64,000 bases of DNA from a virus, in IMG/VR virus record IMGVR_UViG_3300042558_005069, positions 1-64,000 of that record; one strand, written 5' to 3'. This document shows, in pieces, positions 18,640 to 28,792 of the stretch (the stretch's first letter is position 1; the number at the start of each line of letters is the position of its first letter). Both the position numbers and the translations under genes were made by a program. The notes under the pieces were generated by a model that was not told the origin of the DNA, searched no databases, and was given only the letters and a program-made list of their open reading frames with translations.

Positions 18640-18641
18640 AG

Positions 18642-18968
18642 ATGCCTTTATTCAAAGATTGGGAGTATGCCAATTACGAGGATTTTATTGCCGATGTAAG
18701 AAAAGCATATGAAGAAGAAAAAACAAAGCCAATATTTGGTGATCTATGGCTAGAGATGATGATTAAACACTGCCCATCGGTCGGAGAACGCATGAGAGGG
18801 ACTGAATTAGACCCTTCAGGCATGGATGAAATTCCTGTTTACATTACTAGAGCAGCAAATACATATTTTAATATGTTCTATGGTCCAGGCTGGTACAACC
18901 AGGGAGATCCAAATATATATCCCGGTAGTGGATATCAGTATTTCCTAGATGAATTGAACTCTGACTAA
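18642..18968 (+). CDS. Hypothetical protein (paralog of the previous gene)
   Basis: Y..Y..FI ... [YF]GD..L ... HP/CP ... YF pattern shared. Confidence 0.7.
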   Translation: MPLFKDWEYANYEDFIADVRKAYEEEKTKPIFGDLWLEMMIKHCPSVGERMRGTELDPSGMDEIPVYITRAANTYFNMFYGPGWYNQGDPNIYPGSGYQYFLDELNSD

Positions 18969-19139
18969 AATCAATGCAGGTATCCGTAACAGGACTTATT
19001 ATATTGCAGCCGTTTTGCCTTCAGTAATATATACATGAACTAGCTCTTGTTCGGATAAATTTATCTAAACCAAAAGAGTGAGTGAAAAAAAAATTGCGGA
19101 GGTTTTTAACTCTCCTTACAGGATACGGGCGGGCGGGCC

Positions 19140-19373
19140 CTACATATCTGCTTTGATATCGGGGTCGTACTTCCATGTGAAGATATACTCATTACTTTCC
19201 TGGACCGGCCATGGCAGGCTTTTGCGGGCGTGGAAGTTGATTCCTCGATCAATGAAGTTTGTAAAAGTGTACTTTTTTACATCCTCTGGCCAATCTCCGA
19301 AAAAAGTGACGGCGATTGTCCTTGTGTCTGGAGAGACATAAATTTCATAGTATCTGTCTGGTGTTATCATCAT
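19140..19373 (-). CDS. Hypothetical protein
   Basis: AGGAG RBS. Confidence 0.6.
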   Translation of the reverse strand: MMITPDRYYEIYVSPDTRTIAVTFFGDWPEDVKKYTFTNFIDRGINFHARKSLPWPVQESNEYIFTWKYDPDIKADM

Positions 19374-19612
19374 TTCTCCTGTTTAGTAGGTTTCGGTATC
19401 TGGGGCTAAAGGGTGAGGGAACTTCTTAGTAAGACCGTAAAGCAATTCGCCTTCCTCGGTCACTCCCTTAACTTCTATCAGACCTGCAAGAATGAGTGCT
19501 TCGAGGTCCCTGCTGAGGTCGGCTTTGGTGTATTCGTCGTTATGTTCCATGGACTAATCATAAGCGGAAAGAAAACGATTGTCAACAGTTTATGTTCTTT
19601 TATTTAGATTTA

Positions 19613-21073
19613 TTAAGATCCAATGATTAGGGGAATGTTCGGATTGTTTGTTTTCCAGCATTCTGCATCTTCCATGTCATTCAAAAGAGGTTGATTTTTT
19701 ATATTTAAACTAGTGTTTATGAGCACGGGAATTCCGGTTAAATTTTTCCACTTAGTCAAAACGGCGTGAAGGCCGGGATGTTGATCCTTGGATACCGTTT
19801 GAACTCTGCTTGTGCCGTCTACGTGCACTGCACCGGGTATTAAATTTGGTTTCTTGGCGCGTACGGCAAGCTGCATATATGGACTCATGGCGGGAAGATC
19901 AAACCATTCATTTGCGTCTTCTTCGAGGACCACTGGAGCGAATGGCCTAAATTTCTCCCTCATTTTTATCAAATTAACATTGTCGCGTGACGCTACGGAA
20001 CGAGGGTCCGCAAGGAGGCTCCTATTTCCTAGCGCCCTGGGTCCAAATTCGGCTCTGCCGTTCATTACTCCTACGACGCCAGTGTTAATTAACTCTTTTA
20101 TTACTTTTTCTACAGGGTAATGCCCCCCAATATTTTTACCTAAATACGGACCGCGCCATTCCACATGTTTTGCGTAGACTGAAAGCGCAGCTCCCAGACT
20201 TGAACCTGAATCTCCAGGGTTGGGCATTATCCATACCTTTTCAAATATGTTGTAGAGAATCGGATTTGCTGCACAATTTAATGCACAGCCGCCCATGTAA
20301 ACAAGATTTTTAGATTTGGTTAACCTCTGAGCAAAATTCATAATTTCACCGAGACGTTTCTCGAATACAGCCTGAGCTGCTGCGGCGATATCAAAAATAT
20401 CGTTTTCGTCTCGTATTGATCGTTCGGATAAAAGCTTTTTATGAAAACTCATTGTCTGAACATTGTGGGCCGGAAAAAATGCATCAAGGTTACCCTCGTA
20501 TTTTGTTTTGTCCCCATAGGCGGCCATTGCCATGAGAATGTATTCGTCGCGCCCTGGTTCTAGTCCAACGTAGTCGGTTATGAAACTATAAAAAAGACCA
20601 AATGATGTCGGGTATCTGAGACTCCAGATTTTTTTTATTTTGCCGTTTTGGCACGACCATATGCTGGCAGTCTCGAATTCCCCAATCGCATCGATCACAA
20701 CCGTGACGGCTTCATTAAAAGGCGAAGTAAGGAACCCAGCGCTTGCGTGGCTCCTGTGGTGACTTACCTGAATCTCTTTTATGCCTTGAAGTTCTTTGCC
20801 AAAAATTTTGTTTTTATATAGATTCGCAGCGTACTTTCCATTTTTTCCACCATGAAGAAACATGCGTAGTCTTTTTTTATTACGCTTCTCAAAGTAAGCA
20901 ATTTTATCAGGAACTCCAAATTCCAAAGCTTCATCCAATATTTGTTTATTCAAAGAAAAATCATTTTTAATTTTACTGTAACGCTCGGCGTGCGCTGCAA
21001 ATAGAATTTTGCCATTTTTTATCACGGACACAGATGCATCATGCGATGAGTCGTTGATTCCGAGAATATGCAT
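19613..21073 (-). CDS. Carbamoyltransferase (NodU/CmcH family)
   Basis: HDAS, ERYS, HHRSHA, DAIGE, GGCALNC, PGDSG, EFGPRALGNRS, KxRExFRPFAP, HVDGTSRVQTV, NTSLN. Confidence 0.95.
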   Translation of the reverse strand: MHILGINDSSHDASVSVIKNGKILFAAHAERYSKIKNDFSLNKQILDEALEFGVPDKIAYFEKRNKKRLRMFLHGGKNGKYAANLYKNKIFGKELQGIKEIQVSHHRSHASAGFLTSPFNEAVTVVIDAIGEFETASIWSCQNGKIKKIWSLRYPTSFGLFYSFITDYVGLEPGRDEYILMAMAAYGDKTKYEGNLDAFFPAHNVQTMSFHKKLLSERSIRDENDIFDIAAAAQAVFEKRLGEIMNFAQRLTKSKNLVYMGGCALNCAANPILYNIFEKVWIMPNPGDSGSSLGAALSVYAKHVEWRGPYLGKNIGGHYPVEKVIKELINTGVVGVMNGRAEFGPRALGNRSLLADPRSVASRDNVNLIKMREKFRPFAPVVLEEDANEWFDLPAMSPYMQLAVRAKKPNLIPGAVHVDGTSRVQTVSKDQHPGLHAVLTKWKNLTGIPVLINTSLNIKNQPLLNDMEDAECWKTNNPNIPLIIGS

Positions 21074-21075
21074 AG

Positions 21076-22131
21076 CTACTGAAGAAAGCCGCTTAAATCA
21101 TCATTTGTTATTTTCTGTTGTGTGAAGTGTTCAGCGAAATGGATGTGGTCATGTACTCCAGAGTGCCTTCCGTCTGACCCATACACCCAATAGTGCTCCT
21201 GCATCTCCGTCTGTGGTTCATGCTCACACTCGTTGCAGTCCGTTAGTCCAAGCACCTCCCATAACCTTGGTCCGGGATGGGGGGCAAAGCCTCTTGCCGC
21301 TTGCTCTGCTTCTATCTGCCGCCAGTAGGGGAGTTTTGGGCTGATACTTTTATTAATTTCAGGCATGTTCTTTACTGGAATATAAGAATCATATTTTACG
21401 TAGTTATTCAGAACTTTTTGTTCTTTTTGCGGCCATGTTGCAAATTTAAAATTAATATTTGCAGCTGCGCATAATGATTCAAAAATATCAATTATCAAGA
21501 ATGAATAAAAAACTATCAACTCTGGAGGAATTTGATAGTTCCTGTTGTCGCCAGCGTGAATCTCAAATTCCTTGGATGATCTCTCCCCCGGGTTTGCCTG
21601 ATTTCTGGTCTCTATGTAGGCTCCAACATTCTGATCCCAATCGATGTGCCTCATATCGATCAATCCATCAACCTCATTTAGGCGATGTGGCAACCACGCT
21701 CTGTCCAAGTTTGGGATTAAGTAATATATAGTATTTGGTGCGCCGAATGAACGTATTACGTCAGCGGCAAATCCAGATTGAAAAGCAACCCCACTTCCTG
21801 GATACCCACAATTATTTACTTTCAGTTTTGTTTTTTGCTCAATGATTTTTGACCAATTCAACATTGACGGGAGAGCGCCACCTTCAGTGAAAGAACAGCC
21901 CATTGTTAGTATTTCTGGGTTCTCGTAGAATCGAGACTTTTCTCCCATGGTCTTGTGTATAAAATTTCCGTTTTCGTCACGTTCTGAACTGCTTTTAATA
22001 AATGTTTTTGCATTTTCAAGAGTGTGCCTGTTGTACGCATCTCCATAAAAAACACCATTTCTTCCGTTTGCCGGTAGTTTGGAAGAAAGCAAACGCCTTG
22101 ATTCGACGCTCAATGATGGGTAATGCTGCAT
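21076..22131 (-). CDS. SGNH/GDSL-like hypothetical protein
   Basis: GCSFTEG, N.G.PGSG, C-terminal DGRHSG..H. Confidence 0.6.
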   Translation of the reverse strand: MQHYPSLSVESRRLLSSKLPANGRNGVFYGDAYNRHTLENAKTFIKSSSERDENGNFIHKTMGEKSRFYENPEILTMGCSFTEGGALPSMLNWSKIIEQKTKLKVNNCGYPGSGVAFQSGFAADVIRSFGAPNTIYYLIPNLDRAWLPHRLNEVDGLIDMRHIDWDQNVGAYIETRNQANPGERSSKEFEIHAGDNRNYQIPPELIVFYSFLIIDIFESLCAAANINFKFATWPQKEQKVLNNYVKYDSYIPVKNMPEINKSISPKLPYWRQIEAEQAARGFAPHPGPRLWEVLGLTDCNECEHEPQTEMQEHYWVYGSDGRHSGVHDHIHFAEHFTQQKITNDDLSGFLQ

Positions 22132-22336
22132 CTCTATAGCTCCAATACTCAGTAAATAAAATGGTCCGGGTCGTCTGTGTGATTTTTTTTCAAAGAAAAT
22201 TTTAATTTAAATATTCTTACCCAAAAAATTAGTCTTCTTTGAATACGTTTTATCCTGTAATTAATTCTATTAATTTTAATTTTCAAATTTTTATTCCATT
22301 CATAAGTTTCTTGCCGAACTTTGCAAACGATGCAAT

Positions 22337-22561
22337 TTAATCATCAAGGCGATGCTTGGTTTCTCGAGCTTCAATCCATACCCGTGCTCCACACGAATCA
22401 GGCGTATCTGACTGGACAACTGTTGCAGCAACAACCCCGCACCCGCAAGGGCATATAATATCAATTGTTCTGTGATGAGTAGACCCTTTATAGGTGCGAT
22501 CGATTATGGCATCTTGTTGCTTTTTGATGTTTTGTTGATGGACATGAATGATGTGTTTCAT
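22337..22561 (-). CDS. Conserved small phage protein (IHVHQQ...CGARVWIE)
   Basis: Coupled to the upstream gene. Confidence 0.65.
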   Translation of the reverse strand: MKHIIHVHQQNIKKQQDAIIDRTYKGSTHHRTIDIICPCGCGVVAATVVQSDTPDSCGARVWIEARETKHRLDD

Positions 22562-23202
22562 TTTCCGTCAGTTTTGTTCACATCGTAATGATATCTGCCG
22601 TCATCGGAGGTGAGCCATTTACTACCGTCCTCCACCCCCCAGATATCATCGCTCACTAAACGCTCAATGAGGTTTTGTCCTTTTTTTGTTGTGTGTGAAG
22701 GATCCCAGAGACGTATGCGGTTATTCGGTTGTATAGCAAAGTTCCCATCTTCTCTTTCGATGACATGACCACATTTGTGATTTGCTGCATTGATTGAGTA
22801 ATTTGAATCAGTTACGTTCATTTCTGGATGATGCCAATCAAGGGTAAACATGTACTTGCCGTCCACGTTCTCTTTGTGGCGGTCAACATAAGACATAGAC
22901 CTTCCGCGCATATGTTCAAAAGTCGTGACCGATATATAAGGAGAAAAACAATTCCACATTACTAAATCGTAGATTTCTACTTCAGGGCTATCTTCACGCA
23001 TACAAAAAGCATTTATTGGAGCTCTCCACCAAACTCCACCGTCCTCCATGAGAAAATGAAAAACAGGAGCCCTATCTGTAATGGAAGCTACGCCGAATAT
23101 AACTACGGGAAATTTTAGGTGATGACTATCGACCTGATTCCGTAAGAAATTTCCTCTTACTAAACAGTGAACAGGCGGAGTGTTTGCATTTAATTCTGGC
23201 AT
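22558..23202 (-). CDS. Conserved hypothetical phage protein
   Basis: LNAN.P, W.CFS, G.YMFTLDW, HKCGH, GNFA.QPNNR. Confidence 0.75.
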   Translation of the reverse strand: MPELNANTPPVHCLVRGNFLRNQVDSHHLKFPVVIFGVASITDRAPVFHFLMEDGGVWWRAPINAFCMREDSPEVEIYDLVMWNCFSPYISVTTFEHMRGRSMSYVDRHKENVDGKYMFTLDWHHPEMNVTDSNYSINAANHKCGHVIEREDGNFAIQPNNRIRLWDPSHTTKKGQNLIERLVSDDIWGVEDGSKWLTSDDGRYHYDVNKTDGK

Positions 23203-23250
23203 GCTAAAAACTTAGCATATGCAAACTTGACATGCACAATAGAATTATTA

Positions 23251-23574
23251 CTAAGAAATTTTTGATACGTATTTAGACATTGCATCCGATGCCCGTTCAA
23301 GTATGTCATCAAGCATCTCCGGGTCCATAGGGAGAGACATCATTGTTGGGTCTAATCTTAACCATTCGCAGTTTAGTACTTCCCGAAGGGCGCGATGGAG
23401 TCCATCAGCTACCACGGTCCACTCGTCGATTTCTCTGCGCATATCGCGCATGGACTGTCGTATAGCAACAAGGTCAGCTCTTTGGGTTGGCGTAAGTGGC
23501 GCTGAAATCTGAACGGATTCAGCGGATGTTGATATTTTTTTAGTAGTTAGATTCATGCTCTTTGTGTTATCCAT
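23251..23574 (-). CDS. Hypothetical protein
   Basis: 107-aa ORF. Confidence 0.55.
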   Translation of the reverse strand: MDNTKSMNLTTKKISTSAESVQISAPLTPTQRADLVAIRQSMRDMRREIDEWTVVADGLHRALREVLNCEWLRLDPTMMSLPMDPEMLDDILERASDAMSKYVSKIS

Positions 23575-23624
23575 ATCTTCATCTTATCCGTTTGTGGCTT
23601 TTTACGCCATCAGTTTACAATTTT

Positions 23625-23993
23625 TTACCAAACCTCAAAACCGCCACAGCTTTCTAAAAAAAACAAAAAAGATGAAGAAATTATTGATTGATAACCTGCC
23701 GGACTAAGTCTAAAGTTCTCATCAATTGAATATGGCCTAAAATCTTTATATTTATCAAAAGATTCTTCAATGCTTAAAAAATTTGCTTTCTCTCTCAACG
23801 TATCGCTTATTCGTGCGCAGTCCTGCGCAGATAATGAGAACCCATCGGAGAACATCATCTTTCGTGCTTCACTCTTGTCTATGGCCAGAAGATGATGCAT
23901 GATTATTAAGTAATCATGCCAAATCCACGTATTTAGGCGAAATGCTTTGCCATAAGAATTCAAAGGAGAAATTCCAATTAGATCATACGCCAT
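23625..23993 (-). CDS. Hypothetical protein (MAYDL...FLESCGGFEVW family)
   Basis: ORF overlapping the upstream stop. Confidence 0.65.
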   Translation of the reverse strand: MAYDLIGISPLNSYGKAFRLNTWIWHDYLIIMHHLLAIDKSEARKMMFSDGFSLSAQDCARISDTLREKANFLSIEESFDKYKDFRPYSIDENFRLSPAGYQSIISSSFLFFLESCGGFEVW

Positions 23994-24942
23994 TTTGTGT
24001 ACTCTCTTCCGAGTGAATGCGCGGTCCCATGTGGGTGCTGCTTAAGGAAAATTTAACGTCCAACTGCTGATATGTTTTTATGCTTAGTTTAGGGTCTTTG
24101 GGATCTGTTCGATGTTCTGGCAAATCAACGTATCCACATCTGACCATTGATGATTGATCTTCTGGATCCATGAATTTGTCAAAAATATTAGAAATGTAAC
24201 TTAAATAATTTTTATTGAGAACATCCGACCAGCGCAAACTCCCGTTAAGTTGAATTAAAGCTTGATCAAAATTCCTAAGAACTAACCCTTCTTCTAGATG
24301 TCCGTCGCTTTGGGGGTCGTGATACATTGGAGAAAGCCTTATTTTTTCTTTTAATTCTGGATCTATCGACTTCCATAGTTTATTAAGTACAGCAGTTATC
24401 AGCCATGGTCCACAATCCGGCCCAATTGCATGATCTTTCTTTTCGATCAAAAGATGACACATTTCTTCAGCGGCGTCACAAATTGCATTTATGAAAATAT
24501 TGTTTGGAGTTGAGCCAATAAAGTCGTTGTTTAACGCCAGGACATGATCTCGCTTCCCGAGCATGGAGACAATCAAATCTGATGGTTCAAAGTATTCTGG
24601 CGGTACGCCTACCGCTACGAACTGCTTACTCAAATCAACAAATTTAGTAATCGGCATTTTGGCGGCAATGTCGCAGTCTACGTAAATGCCTCCTAGGCTC
24701 TGCAGAACGACTATCCTCCAGATATCGGACTTTCCATTCCCGGTAATGTATGGATACCGAATAATTTTTGAAAATCGTCCATTTTGGAGACTATCTATTT
24801 GATCGATTGCCTCTTCGTTAGAAACGTATCTGTATTCAAAATCTGGATTTATTTCGCGCCACGTACCGGTTGCGGCCTCTATATATGGAGGGAGCTTATC
24901 GCCGGGGAATCTGTGCGTTTGCCAAATTGTTTTGGGAATCAT
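23983..24942 (-). CDS. Glycosyltransferase, GT32/DXD (OCH1-like)
   Basis: MIPKTIWQT, W...NPDFEY, KSDIWR, GGIYVDCD, CGP. Confidence 0.85.
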   Translation of the reverse strand: MIPKTIWQTHRFPGDKLPPYIEAATGTWREINPDFEYRYVSNEEAIDQIDSLQNGRFSKIIRYPYITGNGKSDIWRIVVLQSLGGIYVDCDIAAKMPITKFVDLSKQFVAVGVPPEYFEPSDLIVSMLGKRDHVLALNNDFIGSTPNNIFINAICDAAEEMCHLLIEKKDHAIGPDCGPWLITAVLNKLWKSIDPELKEKIRLSPMYHDPQSDGHLEEGLVLRNFDQALIQLNGSLRWSDVLNKNYLSYISNIFDKFMDPEDQSSMVRCGYVDLPEHRTDPKDPKLSIKTYQQLDVKFSLSSTHMGPRIHSEESTQNGV

Positions 24943-25006
24943 GCGCTAATGCTAGCACTTTTGGCAACTGCATGGAAGTTCGTAAATTACTACAGAACTT
25001 TGCCTC

Positions 25007-25052
25007 CCAAGTACTTAAGAATGGTGTAACCAAGTACTCAAGAATGGTGTAA
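25007..25052 (+). repeat. Tandem 23-bp duplication CCAAGTACT(T/C)AAGAATGGTGTAA in a divergent promoter region
   Basis: 25007-25029 and 25030-25052, one mismatch. Confidence 0.9.
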
Positions 25053-25096
25053 TATTTGTATGTTCTGTTTTTTCTATATCACATAAAGGATTAAAA

Positions 25097-25447
25097 ATGT
25101 CAACAGCAGCACTCGCCCCATCAACCATCACATTGAACATTGCTGGCGGACTTGCCACAACTAGCATCGTAACCATGAGAATGCCTTTTGCTGGCAAAAT
25201 CACTGGCGCTACCGTCGCAGTAACCACAGCCCCAGTGGGCTCAGCACTTACCGCAGACCTTAAAGTCGGTTCTGATGTAGCAGCAGCGTTCTCAATTGCA
25301 GCCGCAGCAACTTCAGCCGCAGGAACACTTACTGCAGCCAACTGCGATTTCACAGAAGGCGCCCTTGTCAGCCTTGACGTTTCAGCTGTTGGTTCTAGTA
25401 CTGCCGGTTCAAACATAACTGTCGCATTCACGGTTGTTGAAGGCTAA
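25097..25447 (+). CDS. Small Ala/Thr/Val-rich beta protein, possibly virion structural/decoration
   Basis: AAAGGA RBS, own terminator, composition. Confidence 0.6.
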   Translation: MSTAALAPSTITLNIAGGLATTSIVTMRMPFAGKITGATVAVTTAPVGSALTADLKVGSDVAAAFSIAAAATSAAGTLTAANCDFTEGALVSLDVSAVGSSTAGSNITVAFTVVEG

Positions 25448-25468
25448 GTAGTTCAACCTCCTACGATT

Positions 25469-25498
25469 AGGACGCCTCCTTCGGGGGGCGTCTTTTTT
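25469..25498 (+). terminator. Rho-independent terminator
   Basis: GACGCCTCC-TTCG-GGGGGCGTC followed by T6. Confidence 0.85.
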
Positions 25499-25582
25499 GT
25501 TTCTAGGGTTTTTTGCTTATCTTGTAAATGTATATTGTGACAATAAGATTTATTAGACCAATCGACCAACCGATGTAGTGCT

Positions 25583-26263
25583 TCATGGAGCGATTCTCCC
25601 ATTTTTGATCCAAGCCTCGTGCGTTATTGGCATTTGACTTTCAAATATTCGCTCTACTTCTTTTGCGCATTTACGTATGTCAACTTGCGCTGATTCGGCG
25701 GTTCTGAGTGAAAGAAAGTTCATTAGTGCTCGCGCGTTTACCGTCCAGTAGAACTGCGTGTACATAGAAACTGGGAGAACAGATCTGGCCAGCTCTTTCG
25801 CCACGCCCATTTCAAGTAGCTCCAGATATGAATTATATGCGGATATGTTGTTTTCTTCTATTATTTTTTTAGCCTTTTCTGCATCACTTAAGTCCATTTT
25901 TTCAAATGTATAAGAACCTGGTTTGCCTGTTTGCTTGCGGACGTCTTCCAGAAGTGGAGAAAAAAACTCGTTTGGGACCTCTGAGTAGCGGGCTGAGAAT
26001 TCATTAAAAGAACCTATCCTGTGGCGGAACCACTCTCTGGCTACGAAAATTGGGCATTTAATGTGGAATCTAAATGAGTTATGCTCAAACGGTGTGCCGT
26101 GACGCTCTCTCATTAAGAAATTTATTAACCCAACGGCTGAAGCATCCATATGCTCAGAACTCTTTGCAAAAGATACCCTTGCTGAATTTACTACCGAAAT
26201 ATCGTCTGCCATGAAGCCGTCTAGTCGCACGAAGCCGTATGTTTGATTTGATTTATTTTCCAT
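25583..26263 (-). CDS. thyX: FAD-dependent thymidylate synthase
   Basis: HGTPFEH, RHRxxSFNEFSARY, ELARxVLP, NARALMNFLSLR. Confidence 0.95.
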   Translation of the reverse strand: MENKSNQTYGFVRLDGFMADDISVVNSARVSFAKSSEHMDASAVGLINFLMRERHGTPFEHNSFRFHIKCPIFVAREWFRHRIGSFNEFSARYSEVPNEFFSPLLEDVRKQTGKPGSYTFEKMDLSDAEKAKKIIEENNISAYNSYLELLEMGVAKELARSVLPVSMYTQFYWTVNARALMNFLSLRTAESAQVDIRKCAKEVERIFESQMPITHEAWIKNGRIAP

Positions 26264-26317
26264 AGATCCCCTGATTAAAATACAAAATACAATTTAAAAG
26301 TTTGATAAAAAAATTTA

Positions 26318-26599
26318 CTAATGATGTCTGCTTCGCCACTCTATCAATCTGTCAATCTTTGCCCAAATGGTAGGAAGCTTATTTCTTTGTTTTTTTATTT
26401 TTCGAGAAATAGAATAAAATTTAATTGACTCGTTGTTTATTGAAAATTCAATATCGTCGATTAGGTATTTAATGTAGTTGTACTTGACGAGAATATGTTT
26501 TCTGCAAAGCTCATTTATCTCGGTGCATTCTTTACAGTCTCTCCGAGGCTTTAAGTCAGTGTCTTGATCATTGGTGAGAGTATTTTTTTTAATTTCCAT
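26318..26599 (-). CDS. Hypothetical protein
   Basis: 93-aa ORF with CxxC...CxxH. Confidence 0.5.
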   Translation of the reverse strand: MEIKKNTLTNDQDTDLKPRRDCKECTEINELCRKHILVKYNYIKYLIDDIEFSINNESIKFYSISRKIKKQRNKLPTIWAKIDRLIEWRSRHH

Positions 26600-26622
26600 T
26601 TTTATCGAGACCTTTGCATTTT

Positions 26623-27324
26623 TTAAATATAGCTAAGATGAGTTAATCTTTCACTTAATATAAGTTTAGTTTGTTCTTCGTTAACTTTTACCCCAAATCC
26701 GTGCAGTGAATCAATTAGGTATTTGGGGTTGCCGCTCCAGATGTCGTGATCGACAACGAGTACCTTGTTGGGGCCGAGCAATTCGGACTCGGCAACATCT
26801 AGCAACCAATCGCGACATTGTGCGATTTCATTTATAGAATCGTCACTATATTTCCAAAAAGAAGAACGTGAAACGTCTAGCGGGTTCCTCACATTGAATA
26901 TGAACTTAGAATCTGGAAATATTCTTGCCATGAACAGCAGGACTTCTGTGCTGAATTCAGCACCGTCACGCGCAGGGTTAATCATCGTCTCTTTCCACCC
27001 AGAGACGATCGTGCCCTCCCCTGGCTGCAGGATGATGTCGTGGAAGAAATTAACAATGGAGTCTTCCATGTTTGGCAGATTAACTAGATCGATTCCCTGG
27101 ATAGGGCTCAGATCACTGCCTACGGGTACTTCGGGCATTAGCTTTGGCACCTCAGAGATGAGGTTGCTTATGTCGCGAAATATTCTGTAGAAATTGTTTA
27201 TGATCCCGATTGACTCGCCCCTGATCGTATGGTCACTAGCCGTATTGACAACTCTCAACAAAGTTGTGGACCCGGTCCTAGGGTAAGTAATTATAAAAAG
27301 GTGTCTAACTTTTGATTGATTCAT
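26623..27324 (-). CDS. Sulfotransferase-family protein
   Basis: PRTGST PAPS-binding loop, GWKE, RNP...S. Confidence 0.75.
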   Translation of the reverse strand: MNQSKVRHLFIITYPRTGSTTLLRVVNTASDHTIRGESIGIINNFYRIFRDISNLISEVPKLMPEVPVGSDLSPIQGIDLVNLPNMEDSIVNFFHDIILQPGEGTIVSGWKETMINPARDGAEFSTEVLLFMARIFPDSKFIFNVRNPLDVSRSSFWKYSDDSINEIAQCRDWLLDVAESELLGPNKVLVVDHDIWSGNPKYLIDSLHGFGVKVNEEQTKLILSERLTHLSYI

Positions 27325-27326
27325 AT

Positions 27327-27950
27327 CTATCGCTCGTTGTTTATGTTGGTGCCCAAAAATGCCTTATTCAAATACCCAGGCTGCGCAAAAGAGGACCAGT
27401 CGGAAACAACGGTCTTGTCTGGCTCTGCTGGTTTGTAATTTGCGCTAATGCATATTCTGGGGTCATCACTCCAATGGCGATCCGTGTAGTGATCTAGATA
27501 GGAATTGAATATGACTAGCTTCCCTACGCTCGACTTGACCACAATTCTTTTCTGCATAGTGTTGCAGTAAGAAGCGTAAAAGTGAATATTGGCTCCGCCC
27601 TCAGGAGCGGATGGGTAATAAGCGACCGAATAGTACTCCTCTGGGTGAAGCTGGTAATTGTTTTTGTGGTTGTGCTGAGGAACAGATCCACCGGAGCTCA
27701 TTGAGAGCATCCAGAACTGCTTGCAGATCATCTGCTTTTGCGCAACTGTGTTCACTCTAAGTGAAATCTCATTTTCTAATTTAAGTGTTTCTGGCCCAGC
27801 TTCCGGAAACCGAACGTCAGCTAAATTTTGACTGTTTTCAGGGTTTGAGTAAAATTTATTCAGTTCATTCACTAAAGCAAAATTGTCTATAGATGTGATC
27901 GTTGATTCAAAAACACTTTGCTGAATAAGGGGAATTTCTCTTATATCCAT
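27327..27950 (-). CDS. 2OG-Fe(II) oxygenase (TIGR02466-like)
   Basis: HNH, SVAYY, IFNSYLDH, RICISAN. Confidence 0.8.
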   Translation of the reverse strand: MDIREIPLIQQSVFESTITSIDNFALVNELNKFYSNPENSQNLADVRFPEAGPETLKLENEISLRVNTVAQKQMICKQFWMLSMSSGGSVPQHNHKNNYQLHPEEYYSVAYYPSAPEGGANIHFYASYCNTMQKRIVVKSSVGKLVIFNSYLDHYTDRHWSDDPRICISANYKPAEPDKTVVSDWSSFAQPGYLNKAFLGTNINNER

Positions 27951-27959
27951 AGATGGATA

Positions 27960-28592
27960 CTACACCATTCTAGGGTTCTCAATTACCGGCCTGTCCCAGT
28001 AGATAGACCAGTCTGCGTTTGGGGTCTTATTTGGTTCAATGGGGGCGAGGTTCATACTTACAGATATTCTTGGTTCATCTATTCTGTGCCTAGTAGTCAT
28101 GTGCGTCATGTACGAGTTAAATATGACCAGCAGCCCAACTGACGGAACAATAGTTAATGTTCTCTGCATAACGCCGCACCATTCAGTTGCAAACATTAAT
28201 TCAGCAGAGCCCAATGATGCTTCTGGGTAGTAAACAATAGAAAAGTACTCTTCTGGGTGTGTGTGAAGATTTGAGTAGTGACTGTGAGAGATCACGCTTT
28301 GATTTTTAAGTAAATTTACAGCCAATATGTCTTCGACTTTATATTCTTTTCCAGTCAGCTCTTTGATCGTTTCCAAAACCCTATTCTCTAGTTTTGTGAT
28401 TTCTGGAGTAATCGGAACGATGATGTCGTCGAAGTGCACAAAGCCATTTTTTGTCCAGCCGATAGTTTTTTGATCCTTTGTTGTGCTAATCCCGTAATTG
28501 TTAAGGTCGAAAATAATTTGTTCGTTATTGATATCATCCAGGATCGCCGTATGTATGTTTTGAGATATTACTGGAACTGTTTTTATCGTCAC
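27960..28592 (-). CDS. 2OG-Fe(II) oxygenase (TIGR02466-like), paralog
   Basis: HSH, SIVYY, IFNSYMTH, RISVSMN. Confidence 0.8.
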   Translation of the reverse strand: MTIKTVPVISQNIHTAILDDINNEQIIFDLNNYGISTTKDQKTIGWTKNGFVHFDDIIVPITPEITKLENRVLETIKELTGKEYKVEDILAVNLLKNQSVISHSHYSNLHTHPEEYFSIVYYPEASLGSAELMFATEWCGVMQRTLTIVPSVGLLVIFNSYMTHMTTRHRIDEPRISVSMNLAPIEPNKTPNADWSIYWDRPVIENPRMV

Positions 28593-28792
28593 GGTAGGCC
28601 TTGAGTTTGCGGAATGTTTCTAAAATATTTTTCTTCGGGAAATATTTCTTCTACGACTACAGGGATTTCCTTGCATAGTCCACATCTTCCGGAATATGCG
28701 TAGGCGTGACTGATGTGACAAGGCCAATCTCTGCAGCAACGAAGTACTATAACTTCATTAAAAAAGTTTCCAGTAAACTCAGCCATTGGCAT
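28589..28792 (-). CDS. Small Cys-rich protein
   Basis: Coupled ORF. Confidence 0.5.
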   Translation of the reverse strand: MPMAEFTGNFFNEVIVLRCCRDWPCHISHAYAYSGRCGLCKEIPVVVEEIFPEEKYFRNIPQTQGLP

